Below the pieces are notes generated by a model that searched no databases, was not told where the DNA came from, and worked only from the letters and a program-made list of their open reading frames with translations. Below are positions 25,201 through 39,600 of a stretch of 64,000 nucleotides of DNA, one piece after another. The first letter of the stretch is position 1, and every line of letters starts with the position of its first letter. Made by a program: the position numbers and the translations under genes. The stretch lies in assembly GCA_964016885.1 (NCBI GenBank), contig OZ024742.1:39556001-39620000 (forward strand), given 5' to 3'. Source of the stretch: Eledone cirrhosa (lineage: Eukaryota).

Positions 25201-27879
25201 GTGTGTTTGTATATTAACTGTGTTGTATGTATGTGTATTTGTATATTAACTGTGTTGTATGTATGTATATGTTTGTATGTTAACTGTGTTGTATGTATGT
25301 ATATGTTTGTATATTAACTGTGTTGCATGTATATGTTTGTATATTAACTGTGTTGTATGTATGTGTGTTTGTATATTAATTGTGTTGTATGTATGTGTGT
25401 TTGTATATTAATTGTGTTGTATGTATGTGTGTTTGTATATTAACTGTGTTGTATGTATGTGTGTTTGTATATCAACTGTGTTGTATGAATGTGTGTGTGT
25501 ATATTAACTGTGTTGTATGTATGTATGTTTGTATATTAACTGTGTTGTATGTATGTGTGTTTGTATATTAACTGTGTTGTATGTATGTATATGTTTGTAT
25601 ATTAACTGTGTTGTATGTATGTATATGTTTGTATATTAACTGTGTTGTATGTATGTGTGTCTGTATATTAACTGTGTTGTATGTATGTGTGTTTGTATAT
25701 TAACTGTGTTGTATGTGTGTGTGTTTGTATATTATCTGTGTTGTATGTATGTGTGTTTGTATATTAACTGTGTTGTATGTATGTGTGTTTGTATATTAAC
25801 TGTGTTGTATCTATGTGTGTTTGTATATCAACTGTGTTGTATGTATGTGTGTTTGTATATTAACTGTGTTGTATGTATGTGTGTTTGTATATTAACTGTG
25901 TTGTATGTATATATGTTTGTATATTAACTGTGTCGTATGTATGTATATGTTTGTATATTAACTGTGTTGTATGTATGTGTGTTTGTATATTAACTGTGTT
26001 GTATGTATGTGTGTTTGTATATTAACTGTGTTGTATGTATGTGTGTTTGTATATTAACTGTTTTGTATGTATGTGTGTTTGTATATTAACTGTGTTGTAT
26101 GTATGTGTGTTTGTATATTAACTGTGTTGTATGTATGTGTGTTTCTATATTAACTGTGTCGTATGTATGTATATGTTTGTATATTAACTGTGCTGTATGT
26201 ATGTATATGTTTGTATATTAACTGTGTCGTATGTATATATGTTTGAATATTAACTGTGTCGTATGTATGTGTGTTTGTATATTAATTGTGTTGTATGTAT
26301 GTGTGTTTGTATATTAACTGTGTTGTATGTATATATGTTTGTATATTAACTGTGTTGTATGTATGTGTGTTTGTATATTAACTGTGTTGTATGTATGTGT
26401 GTTTGTATATTAACTGTGTTGTATGTATGTGTGTTTGTATATTAACTGTGTTGTATGTATGTGTGTTTGTATATTAACTGTGTTGTATGTATATATGTTT
26501 GTATATTAACTGTGTTGTATGTATGTGTGTTTGTATATTAACTGTGTTGTATGTATGTGTGTTTCTATATTAACTGTGTTGTATGTATGTGTGTTTGTAT
26601 ATTAACTGTGTCGTATGTATGTATATGTTTGTATATTAACTTTGTTGTATGTATGTATATATTTGTATATTAACTGTGTTGTATGTATGTATATGTTTGT
26701 ATATTAACTGTGCTGTATATATGTATATGTTTGTATATTAACTATGTTGTATGTATGTGTGTTTGTATATTAACTGTGTTGTATGTATGTGTGTTTGTAT
26801 ATTAACTGTGTTGTATGTATGTATGTGTGTACATTAACTGTGTTGTATGTATGTGTGTTTGTATATTAACTGTGTTGCATGTATATGTTTGTATATTAAC
26901 TGTGTTGTATGTATGTGTGTTTGTATATTAACTGTGTTGCATGTATGTGTGTTTGTATATTAACTGTGTTGCATGTATATGTTTGTATATTAACTGTGTT
27001 GTATGTATGTGTGTTTGTATATTAACTGTGTTGTATGTATGTGTGTGTGTATATTAACTGTGTTGTATGTATATATGTTTGTATATTAACTATCGTGTAT
27101 GTATGTATATGTTTGTATATTAACTGTGTTGTATGTATGTGTGTGTGTATATTAACTGTGTTTTATGTATGTATATGTTTGTATATTAACTGTGTTGCAT
27201 TTATATGTTTGTATATTAACTGTGTTGTATGTATGTGTGTTTGTATATTAACTGTGTTGTATGCATGTGTGTTTGTATATTAACTGTGTTGTATGTATGT
27301 GTGTTTGTATATTAACTGTGTTGTATGTATGTGTGTTTGTATATTAACTGTGTTGTATGTATGTGTGTGTGTATATTAACTGTGTTGTATGTATGTATGT
27401 TTGTATATTAACTGTGTTGTATGTATGTGTGTTTGTATATTATCTGTGTTGTATGTATGTATATGTTTGTATATTAACTGTGTTGTATGTATGTATATGT
27501 TTGTATATTAACTGTGTTGTATGTATGTGTGTGTGTATATTAACTGTGTTGTATGTATGTGTGTTTGTATATTAACTGTGTTGTATGTGTGTGTGTTTGT
27601 ATATTATCTGTGTTGTATGTATGTGTGTTTGTATATTAACTGAGTTGTATGTATGTGTGTTTGTATATTAACTGTGTTGTATGTATGTGTGTTTGTATAT
27701 TCACTGTGTTGTATGTATGTATATGTTTGTATATTAACTGTGTTGTATGTATGTATATGTTTGTATATTAACTGTGTTGCATGTATGTGTGTTTCTATAT
27801 TAACTGTGTTGTATGTATGTGTGTTTGTATATTAACTGTTTTGTATGTATGTGTGTTTGTATATTAACTGTGTTGTATG

Positions 27880-30800
27880 TATGTGTGTTTGTATATTAAC
27901 TGTGTTGTATGTATGTGTTTTTGTATATTAACTGTGTTGTATGTATGTATATGTTTGTATATTAACTGTGTTGTATGTATGTATGTTTGTATATTAACTG
28001 TGTTGTATGTATGTGTGTTTGTATATTAACTGTGTTGTATGTATGTATATGTTTGTATATTAACTGTGTTTTATGTGTGTGTGTTTGTATATTAATTGTG
28101 TTGTATGTATGTGTGTTTGTATATTAACTGTGTTGTATGTATGTATATGTTTGTATAGTAACTGTGTTGTATGTATGAGTGTTTGTATATTAACTGTGTT
28201 GTATGTATGTGTGTTTGTATATTAACTGTGTTGTATGTATGTATATGTTTGCGTATTAACTGTGTTGTATGTATGTGTGTTTGTATATTAACTGTGTTGT
28301 ATGTATGTATATGTTTGTGTATTAACTGTGTTGTATGTATGTGTGTTTGTATATTAACTGTGTTGTATGTATGTGTGTTTGTATATTAACTGTGTTGTAT
28401 GTATGTGTGTGTGTATATTAACTGTGTTGTATGTATATATGTTTGTATATTAACTATGTTGTATGTATGTATATGTTTGTATATTAACTGTGTTTTATGT
28501 ATGTGTGTGTGTATATTAACTGTGTTGTATGTATGTATATGTTTGTGTATTAACTGTGTTGTATGTATGTGTGTTTGTATATTAACTGTGTTGTATGTAT
28601 GTGTGTTTGTATATTAACTGTGTTGTATGTATGTGTGTTTGTATATTAACTGTGTTGAATGTATGTGTGTTTGTATATTAACTGTGTTGTATGTATGTGT
28701 GTTTGTATATTAACTGTGTTGTATATATGTGTGTTTGTATATTAACTGTGTTGTATGTATGTGTGTTTGTATATTAACTGTGTTGTATGTATGTATATGT
28801 TTGTATAGTAACTGTGTTGTATGTATGTGTGTTTGTATATTAACTGTGTTGTATGTATGTGTGTTTGTATATTAACTGTGTTGTATGTATGTATATGTTT
28901 GTGTATTAACTGTGTTGTATGTATGTGTGTTTGTATATTAACTGTGTTGTATGTATGTGTGTTTGTATATTAACTGTGTTGTATGTATGTGTGTTTGTAT
29001 ATTAACTGTGTTGTATGTATGTGTGTTTGTATATTAACTGTGTTGTATGTATGTGTGTTTGTATATTAACTGTGTTGTATGTATGTATATGTTTGTATAT
29101 TAACTGTGTTCTATGTATGTATGTTTGTATATTAACTGTGTTGTATGTATGTGTGTTTGTATATTAACTGTGTTGTATGTATGTATATGTTTGTATATTA
29201 ACTGTGTTGTATGTATGTATGTTTGTATATTAACTGTGTTGTATGTATGTGTGGTTGTATATTAACTGTGTTGTATGTATGTGTGTTTCTATATTAACTG
29301 TGTTGTATGTATGTGTGTTTGTATAATTACAGTGTTGTATGTATGTGTGTTTGTATATTAACTGTGTTGTATGTATGTGTGTTTGTATATTAACTGTGTT
29401 GTATGTATGTGTATTTGTATATTAACTGTGTTGTATGTATGTATATGTTTGTATGTTAACTGTGTTGTATGTATGTGTGTTTGTATATTAACTTTGTTGT
29501 ATGTATGTGTGTTTGTATATTAACTGTGTTGTATGTATGTGTGTTTGTATATTAACTGTGTTGTATGTATGTGTGTGTGTACATTAACTGTGTTGTATGT
29601 ATGTGTGTTTGTATATTAACGGTGTTGCATGTATATGTTTGTATATTAACTGTGTTTTATGTATGTATGTGTGTTTGTATATTAACTGTGTTGCATGTAT
29701 ATGTTTGTATATTAACTGTGTTGTATGTATGTGTGTTTGTATATTAACTGTGTTGTATGTGTGTATATGTTTGTATATTAACTGTGTTGTATGTATGTGT
29801 GTTTGTATATTAACTGTGTTGCATGTATGTGTGTTTGTATATTAACTGTGTTGCATGTATATGTTTGTATATTAACTGTGTTGTATGTATGTGTGTTTGT
29901 ATATTAACTGTGTTGTATGTATGTGTGTGTGTATATTAACTGTGTTGTATGTATATATGTTTGTATATTAACTATGTTGTATGTATGTATATGTTTGTAT
30001 ATTAACTGTGTTTTATGTATGTGTGTGTGTATATTAACTGTGTTGTATGTATGTATATGTTTGTATATTAACTGTGTTGCATGTATATGTTTGTATATTA
30101 ACTGTGTTGTATGTATGTGTGTTTGTATATTAATTGTGTTGTATGTATGTGTGTTTGTATATTAATTGTGTTGTATGTATGTGTGTTTGTATATTAACTG
30201 TGTTGTATGTATGTGTGTTTGTATATCAACTGTGTTGTATGAATGTGTGTGTGTATATTAACTGTGTTGTATGTATGTATGTTTGTATATTAACTGTGTT
30301 GTATGTATGTGTGTTTGTATATTAACTGTGTTGTATGTATGTATATGTTTGTATATTAACTGTGTTGTATGTATGTATATGTTTGTATATTAACTGTGTT
30401 GTATGTATGTGTGTGTGTATATTAACTGTGTTGTATGTATGTGTGTTTGTATATTAACTGTGTTGTATGTGTGTGTGTTTGTATATTATCTGTGTTGTAT
30501 GTATGTGTGTTTGTATATTAACTGTGTTGTATGTATGTGTGTTTGTATATTAACTGTGTTGTATCTATGTGTGTTTGTATATCAACTGTGTTGTATGTAT
30601 GTGTGTTTGTATATTAACTGTGTTGTATGTATGTGTGTTTGTATATTAACTGTGTTGTATGTATATATGTTTGTATATTAACTGTGTCGTATGTATGTAT
30701 ATGTTTGTATATTAACTGTGTTGTATGTATGTGTGTTTGTATATTAACTGTGTTGTATGTATGTGTGTTTGTATATTAACTGTGTTGTATGTATGTGTGT

Positions 30801-33800
30801 TTGTATATTAACTGTTTTGTATGTATGTGTGTTTGTATATTAACTGTGTTGTATGTATGTGTGTTTGTATATTAACTGTGTTGTATGTATGTGTGTTTCT
30901 ATATTAACTGTGTCGTATGTATGTATATGTTTGTATATTAACTGTGCTGTATGTATGTATATGTTTGTATATTAACTGTGTCGTATGTATATATGTTTGA
31001 ATATTAACTGTGTCGTATGTATGTCTGTTTGTATATTAACTGTGTTGTATGTATGTGTGTTTGTATATTAACTGTGTTGTATGTATGTGTGTTTGTATAT
31101 TAACTGTGTTGTATGTATGTATATGTTTGTGTATTAACTGTGTTGTATGTATGTGTGTTTGTATATTAACTGTATTGTATGTATGTATGTATATGTTTCT
31201 ATATTAACTGTGTTGTATGTATGTATGTATGTATGTGTGTTTCTATATTAACTGTGTTGTATGTATATATGTTTGTATATTAACTGTGTTGTATGTATGT
31301 ATATGTTTGTATATTAACTGTGTTCTATGTATGTATGTTTGTATATTAACTGTGTTGTATGTATGTGTGTTTGTATATTAACTGTGTTGTATGTATGTAT
31401 ATGTTTGTATATTAACTGTGTTGTATGTATGTATGTTTGTATATTAACTGTGTTGTATGTATGTGTGGTTGTATATTAACTGTGTTGTATGTATGTGTGT
31501 TTCTATATTAACTGTGTTGTATGTATGTGTGTTTGTATATTAACAGTGTTGTATGTATGTGTGTTTGTATATTAACTGTGTTGTATGTATGTGTGTTTGT
31601 ATATTAACTGTGTTGTATGTATGTGTATTTGTATATTAACTGTGTTGTATGTATGTATATGTTTGTATATTAACTGTGTTGTATGTATGTGTGTTTGTAT
31701 ATTAACTTTGTTGTATGTATGTGTGTTTGTATATTAACTGTGTTGTATGTATGTGTGTTTGTATATTAACTGTGTTGTATGTATGTGTGTGTGTACATTA
31801 ACTGTGTTGTATGTATGTGTGTTTGTATATTAACTGTGTTGCATGTATATGTTTGTATATTAACTGTGTTTTATGTATGTATGTGTGTTTGTATATTAAC
31901 TGTGTTGCATGTATATGTTTGTATATTAACTGTGTTGTATGTATGTGTGTTTGTATATTAACTGTGTTGTATGTGTGTATATGTTTGTATATTAACTGTG
32001 TTGTATGTATGTGTGTTTGTATATTAACTGTGTTGCATGTACGTGTGTTTGTATATTAACTGTGTTGCATGTATATGTTTGTATATTAACTGTGTTGTAT
32101 GTATGTGTGTTTGTATATTAACTGTGTTGTATGTATGTGTGTGTGTATATTAACTGTGTTGTATGTATATATGTTTGTATATTAACTATGTTGTATGTAT
32201 GTATATGTTTGTATATTAACTGTGTTTTATGTATGTGTGTGTGTATATTAACTGTGTTGTATGTATGTATATGTTTGTATATTAACTGTGTTGCATGTAT
32301 ATGTTTGTATATTAACTGTGTTGTATGTATGTGTGTTTGTATATTAATTGTGTTGTATGTATGTGTGTTTGTATATTAATTGTGTTGTATGTATGTGTGT
32401 TTGTATATTAACTGTGTTGTATGTATGTGTGTTTGTATATCAACTGTGTTGTATGAATGTGTGTGTGTATATTAACTGTGTTGTATGTATGTATGTTTGT
32501 ATATTAACTGTGTTGTATGTATGTGTGTTTGTATATTAACTGTGTTGTATGTATGTATATGTTTGTATATTAACTGTGTTGTATGTATGTATATGTTTGT
32601 ATATTAACTGTGTTGTATGTATGTGTGTGTGTATATTAACTGTGTTGTATGTATGTGTGTTTGTATATTAACTGTGTTGTATGTGTGTGTGTTTGTATAT
32701 TAACTGTGTTGTATGTATGTGTTTTTGTATATTAACTGTGTTGTATGTATGTATATGTTTGTATATTAACTGTGTTGTATGTATGTATGTTTGTATATTA
32801 ACTGTGTTGTATGTATGTGTGTTTGTATATTAACTGTGTTGTATGTATGTATATGTTTGTATATTAACTGTGTTTTATGTGTGTGTGTTTGTATATTAAT
32901 TGTGTTGTATGTATGTGTGTTTGTATATTAACTGTGTTGTATGTATGTATATGTTTGTATAGTAACTGTGTTGTATGTATGAGTGTTTGTATATTAACTG
33001 TGTTGTATGTATGTGTGTTTGTATATTAACTGTGTTGTATGTATGTATATGTTTGTGTATTAACTGTGTTGTATGTATGTGTGTTTGTATATTAACTGTG
33101 TTGTATGTATGTATATGTTTGTGTATTAACTGTGTTGTATGTATGTGTGTTTGTATATTAACTGTGTTGTATGTATGTGTGTTTGTATATTAACTGTGTT
33201 GTATGTATGTGTGTGTGTATATTAACTGTGTTGTATGTATATATGTTTGTATATTAACTATGTTGTATGTATGTATATGTTTGTATATTAACTGTGTTTT
33301 ATGTATGTGTGTGTGTATATTAACTGTGTTGTATGTATGTATATGTTTGTGTATTAACTGTGTTGTATGTATGTGTGTTTGTATATTAACTGTGTTGTAT
33401 GTATGTGTGTTTGTATATTAACTGTGTTGTATGTATGTGTGTTTGTATATTAACTGTGTTGAATGTATGTGTGTTTGTATATTAACTGTGTTGTATGTAT
33501 GTGTGTTTGTATATTAACTGTGTTGTATGTATGTGTGTTTGTATATTAACTGTGTTGTATGTATGTGTGTTTGTATATTAACTGTGTTGTATGTATGTAT
33601 ATGTTTGTATAGTAACTGTGTTGTATGTATGTGTGTTTGTATATTAACTGTGTTGTATGTATGTGTGTTTGTATATTAACTGTGTTGTATGTATGTATAT
33701 GTTTGTGTATTAACTGTGTTGTATGTATGTGTGTTTGTATATTAACTGTGTTGTATGTATGTGTGTTTGTATATTAACTGTGTTGTATGTATGTGTGTTT

Positions 33801-36640
33801 GTATATTAACTGTGTTGTATGTATGTGTGTTTGTATATTAACTGTGTTGTATGTATGTGTGTTTGTATATTAACTGTGTTGTATGTATGTATATGTTTGT
33901 ATATTAACTGTGTTCTATGTATGTATGTTTGTATATTAACTGTGTTGTATGTATGTGTGTTTGTATATTAACTGTGTTGTATGTATGTATATGTTTGTAT
34001 ATTAACTGTGTTGTATGTATGTATGTTTGTATATTAACTGTGTTGTATGTATGTGTGGTTGTATATTAACTGTGTTGTATGTATGTGTGTTTCTATATTA
34101 ACTGTGTTGTATGTATGTGTGTTTGTATAATTACAGTGTTGTATGTATGTGTGTTTGTATATTAACTGTGTTGTATGTATGTGTGTTTGTATATTAACTG
34201 TGTTGTATGTATGTGTATTTGTATATTAACTGTGTTGTATGTATGTATATGTTTGTATGTTAACTGTGTTGTATGTATGTGTGTTTGTATATTAACTTTG
34301 TTGTATGTATGTGTGTTTGTATATTAACTGTGTTGTATGTATGTGTGTTTGTATATTAACTGTGTTGTATGTATGTGTGTGTGTACATTAACTGTGTTGT
34401 ATGTATGTGTGTTTGTATATTAACGGTGTTGCATGTATATGTTTGTATATTAACTGTGTTTTATGTATGTATGTGTGTTTGTATATTAACTGTGTTGCAT
34501 GTATATGTTTGTATATTAACTGTGTTGTATGTATGTGTGTTTGTATATTAACTGTGTTGTATGTGTGTATATGTTTGTATATTAACTGTGTTGTATGTAT
34601 GTGTGTTTGTATATTAACTGTGTTGCATGTATGTGTGTTTGTATATTAACTGTGTTGCATGTATATGTTTGTATATTAACTGTGTTGTATGTATGTGTGT
34701 TTGTATATTAACTGTGTTGTATGTATGTGTGTGTGTATATTAACTGTGTTGTATGTATATATGTTTGTATATTAACTATGTTGTATGTATGTATATGTTT
34801 GTATATTAACTGTGTTTTATGTATGTGTGTGTGTATATTAACTGTGTTGTATGTATGTATATGTTTGTATATTAACTGTGTTGCATGTATATGTTTGTAT
34901 ATTAACTGTGTTGTATGTATGTGTGTTTGTATATTAATTGTGTTGTATGTATGTGTGTTTGTATATTAATTGTGTTGTATGTATGTGTGTTTGTATATTA
35001 ACTGTGTTGTATGTATGTGTGTTTGTATATCAACTGTGTTGTATGAATGTGTGTGTGTATATTAACTGTGTTGTATGTATGTATGTTTGTATATTAACTG
35101 TGTTGTATGTATGTGTGTTTGTATATTAACTGTGTTGTATGTATGTATATGTTTGTATATTAACTGTGTTGTATGTATGTATATGTTTGTATATTAACTG
35201 TGTTGTATGTATGTGTGTGTGTATATTAACTGTGTTGTATGTATGTGTGTTTGTATATTAACTGTGTTGTATGTGTGTGTGTTTGTATATTATCTGTGTT
35301 GTATGTATGTGTGTTTGTATATTAACTGTGTTGTATGTATGTGTGTTTGTATATTAACTGTGTTGTATCTATGTGTGTTTGTATATCAACTGTGTTGTAT
35401 GTATGTGTGTTTGTATATTAACTGTGTTGTATGTATGTGTGTTTGTATATTAACTGTGTTGTATGTATATATGTTTGTATATTAACTGTGTCGTATGTAT
35501 GTATATGTTTGTATATTAACTGTGTTGTATGTATGTGTGTTTGTATATTAACTGTGTTGTATGTATGTGTGTTTGTATATTAACTGTGTTGTATGTATGT
35601 GTGTTTGTATATTAACTGTTTTGTATGTATGTGTGTTTGTATATTAACTGTGTTGTATGTATGTGTGTTTGTATATTAACTGTGTTGTATGTATGTGTGT
35701 TTCTATATTAACTGTGTCGTATGTATGTATATGTTTGTATATTAACTGTGCTGTATGTATGTATATGTTTGTATATTAACTGTGTCGTATGTATATATGT
35801 TTGAATATTAACTGTGTCGTATGTATGTGTGTTTGTATATTAACTGTGTTGTATGTATGTGTGTTTGTATATTAACTGTGTTGTATGTATGTGTGTTTGT
35901 ATATTAACTGTGTTGTATGTATGTATATGTTTGTGTATTAACTGTGTTGTATGTATGTGTGTTTGTATATTAACTGTATTGTATGTATGTATGTATATGT
36001 TTCTATATTAACTGTGTTGTATGTATGTATGTGTGTTTCTATATTAACTGTGTTGTATGTATATATGTTTGTATATTAACTGTGTTGTATGTATGTATAT
36101 GTTTGTATATTAACTGTGTTCTATGTATGTATGTTTGTATATTAACTGTGTTGTATGTATGTGTGTTTGTATATTAACTGTGTTGTATGTATGTATATGT
36201 TTGTATATTAACTGTGTTGTATGTATGTATGTTTGTATATTAACTGTGTTGTATGTATGTGTGGTTGTATATTAACTGTGTTGTATGTATGTGTGTTTCT
36301 ATATTAACTGTGTTGTATGTATGTGTGTTTGTATATTAACAGTGTTGTATGTATGTGTGTTTGTATATTAACTGTGTTGTATGTATGTGTGTTTGTATAT
36401 TAACTGTGTTGTATGTATGTGTATTTGTATATTAACTGTGTTGTATGTATGTATATGTTTGTATATTAACTGTGTTGTATGTATGCGTGTTTGTATATTA
36501 ACTTTGTTGTATGTATGTGTGTTTGTATATTAACTGTGTTGTATGTATGTGTGTTTGTATATTAACTGTGTTGTATGTATGTGTGTGTGTACATTAACTG
36601 TGTTGTATGTATGTGTGTTTGTATATTAACTGTGTTGCAT
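27880..36640 (+). repeat. Tandem duplication with a 4,804-bp period, containing a ~2,214-bp internal repeat
   Basis: ORF pairs 28171/32975, 29565/34369 and 30403/35207 differ by 4804. The unique variant AACGGTGTT is at ~29620 and ~34424. The pair 29565/31779 differs by 2214. Confidence 0.9.
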
Positions 36641-39600
36641 GTATATGTATGTGTGTTTGTATATTAACTGTGTTGTATGTATGTGTGTTTGTATATCAAC
36701 TGTGTTGTATGAATGTGTGTGTGTATATTAACTGTGTTGTATGTATGTATGTTTGTATATTAACTGTGTTGTATGTATGTGTGTTTGTATATTAACTGTG
36801 TTGTATGTATGTATATGTTTGTATATTAACTGTGTTGTATGTATGTATATGTTTGTATATTAACTGTGTTGTATGTATGTGTGTGTGTATATTAACTGTG
36901 TTGTATGTATGTGTGTTTGTATATTAACTGTGTTGTATGTGTGTGTGTTTGTATATTATCTGTGTTGTATGTATGTGTGTTTGTATATTAACTGTGTTGT
37001 ATGTATGTGTGTTTGTATATTAACTGTGTTGTATCTATGTGTGTTTGTGTATCAACTGTGTTGTATGTATGTGTGTTTGTATATTAACTGTGTTGTATGT
37101 ATGTGTGTTTGTATATTAACTGTGTTGTATGTATAAATGTTTGTATATTAACTGTGTCGTATGTATGTATATGTTTGTATATTAACTGTGTTGTATGTAT
37201 GTGTGTTTGTATATTAACTGTGTTGTATGTATGTGTGTTTGTATATTAACTGTGTTGTATGTATGTGTGTTTGTATATTAACTGTTTTGTATGTATGTGT
37301 GTTTGTATATTAACTGTGTTGTATGTATGTGTGTTTGTATATTAACTGTGTTGTATGTATGTGTGTTTCTATATTAACTGTGTCGTATGTATGTATATGT
37401 TTGTATATTAACTGTGCTGTATGTATGTATATGTTTGTATATTAACTGTGTCGTATGTATATATGTTTGAATATTAACTGTGTCGTATGTATGTGTGTTT
37501 GTATATTAACTGTGTTGTATGTATGTGTGTTTGTATATTAACTGTGTTGTATGTATGTGTGTTTGTATATTAACTGTGTTGTATGTATGTATATGTTTGT
37601 GTATTAACTGTGTTGTATGTATGTGTGTTTGTATATTAACTGTGTTGTATGTATGTATGTATATGTTTCTATATTAACTGTGTTGTATGTATGTATGTAT
37701 GTGTGTTTCTATATTAACTGTGTTGTATGTATATATGTTTGTATATTAACTGTGTTGTATGTATGTATATGTTTGTATATTAACTGTGTTCTATGTATGT
37801 ATGTTTGTATATTAACTGTGTTGTATGTATGTGTGTTTGTATATTAACTGTGTTGTATGTATGTATATGTTTGTATATTAACTGTGTTGTATGTATGTAT
37901 GTTTGTATATTAACTGTGTTGTATGTATGTGTGGTTGTATATTAACTGTGTTGTATGTATGTGTGTTTCTATATTAACTGTGTTGTATGTATGTGTGTTT
38001 GTATATTAACAGTGTTGTATGTATGTGTGTTTGTATATTAACTGTGTTGTATGTATGTGTGTTTGTATATTAACTGTGTTGTATGTATGTGTATTTGTAT
38101 ATTAACTGTGTTGTATGTATGTATATGTTTGTATATTAACTGTGTTGTATGTATGTGTGTTTGTATATTAACTGTGTTGTATGTGTGTGTGTTTGTATAT
38201 TATCTGTGTTGTATGTATGTGTGTTTGTATATTAAATGTTTTGTATCTATGTGTGTTTGTATATCAACTGTGTTGTATGTATGTGTGTTTGTATATTAAC
38301 TGTGTTGTATGTATGTGTGTTTGTATATTAACTGTGTTGTATGTATATATGTTTGTATATTAACTGTGTCGTATGTATGTATATGTTTGTATATTAACTG
38401 TGTTGTATGTATGTGTGTTTGTATATTAACTGTGTTGTATGTATGTGTGTTTGTATATTAACTGTGTTGTATGTATGTGTGTTTGTATATTAACTGTTTT
38501 GTATGTATGTGTGTTTGTATATTAACTGTGTTGTATGTATGTGTGTTTGTATATTAACTGTGTTGTATGTATGTGTGTTTCTATATTAACTGTGTCGTAT
38601 GTATGTATATGTTTGTATATTAACTGTGCTGTATGTATGTATATGTTTGTATATTAACTGTGTCGTATGAATATATGTTTGAATATTAACTGTGTCGTAT
38701 GTATGTGTGTTTGTATATTAACTGTGTTGTATGTATGTGTGTTTGTATATTAACTGTGTTGTATGTATATATGTTTGTATATTAACTGTGTTGTATGTAT
38801 GTGTGTTTGTATATTAACTGTGTTGTATGTATGTGTGTTTGTATATTAACTGTGTTGTATGTATGTGTGTTTGTATATTAACTGTGTTGTATGTATGTGT
38901 GTTTGTATATTAACTGTGTTGTATGTATATATGTTTGTATATTAACTGTGTTGTATGTATGTGTGTTTGTATATTAACTGTGTTGTATGTATGTGTGTTT
39001 GTATATTAACTGTGTCGTATGTATGTATATGTTTGTATATTAACTTTGTTGTATGTATGTATATATTTGTATATTAACTGTGTTGTATGTATGTATATGT
39101 TTGTATATTAACAGTGCTGTATGTATGTATATGTTTGTATATTAACTATGTTGTATGTATGTGTGTTTGTATATTAACTGTGTTGTATGTATGTGTGTTT
39201 GTATATTAACTGTGTTGTATGTATGTATGTGTATACACTAACTGTTTTGTATGTATGTGTGTTTGTATATTAACTGTGTTGCATGTATGTGTGTTTGTAT
39301 ATTAACTGTGTTGCATGTATATGTTTGTATATTAACTGTGTTGTATGTATGTGTATTTGTATATTAACTGTGTTGTATGTATGTGTGTGTGTATATTAAC
39401 TGTGTTGTATGTATATATGTTTGTATATTAACTATGTTGTATGTATGTATATGTTTGTATATTAACTGTGTTGTATGTATGTGTGTGTGTATATTAACTG
39501 TGTTGTATGTATGTATATGTTTGTATATTAACTGTGTTGCATGTATATGTTTGTATATTAACTGTGTTGTATGTATGTGTGTTTGTATATTAACTGTGTT

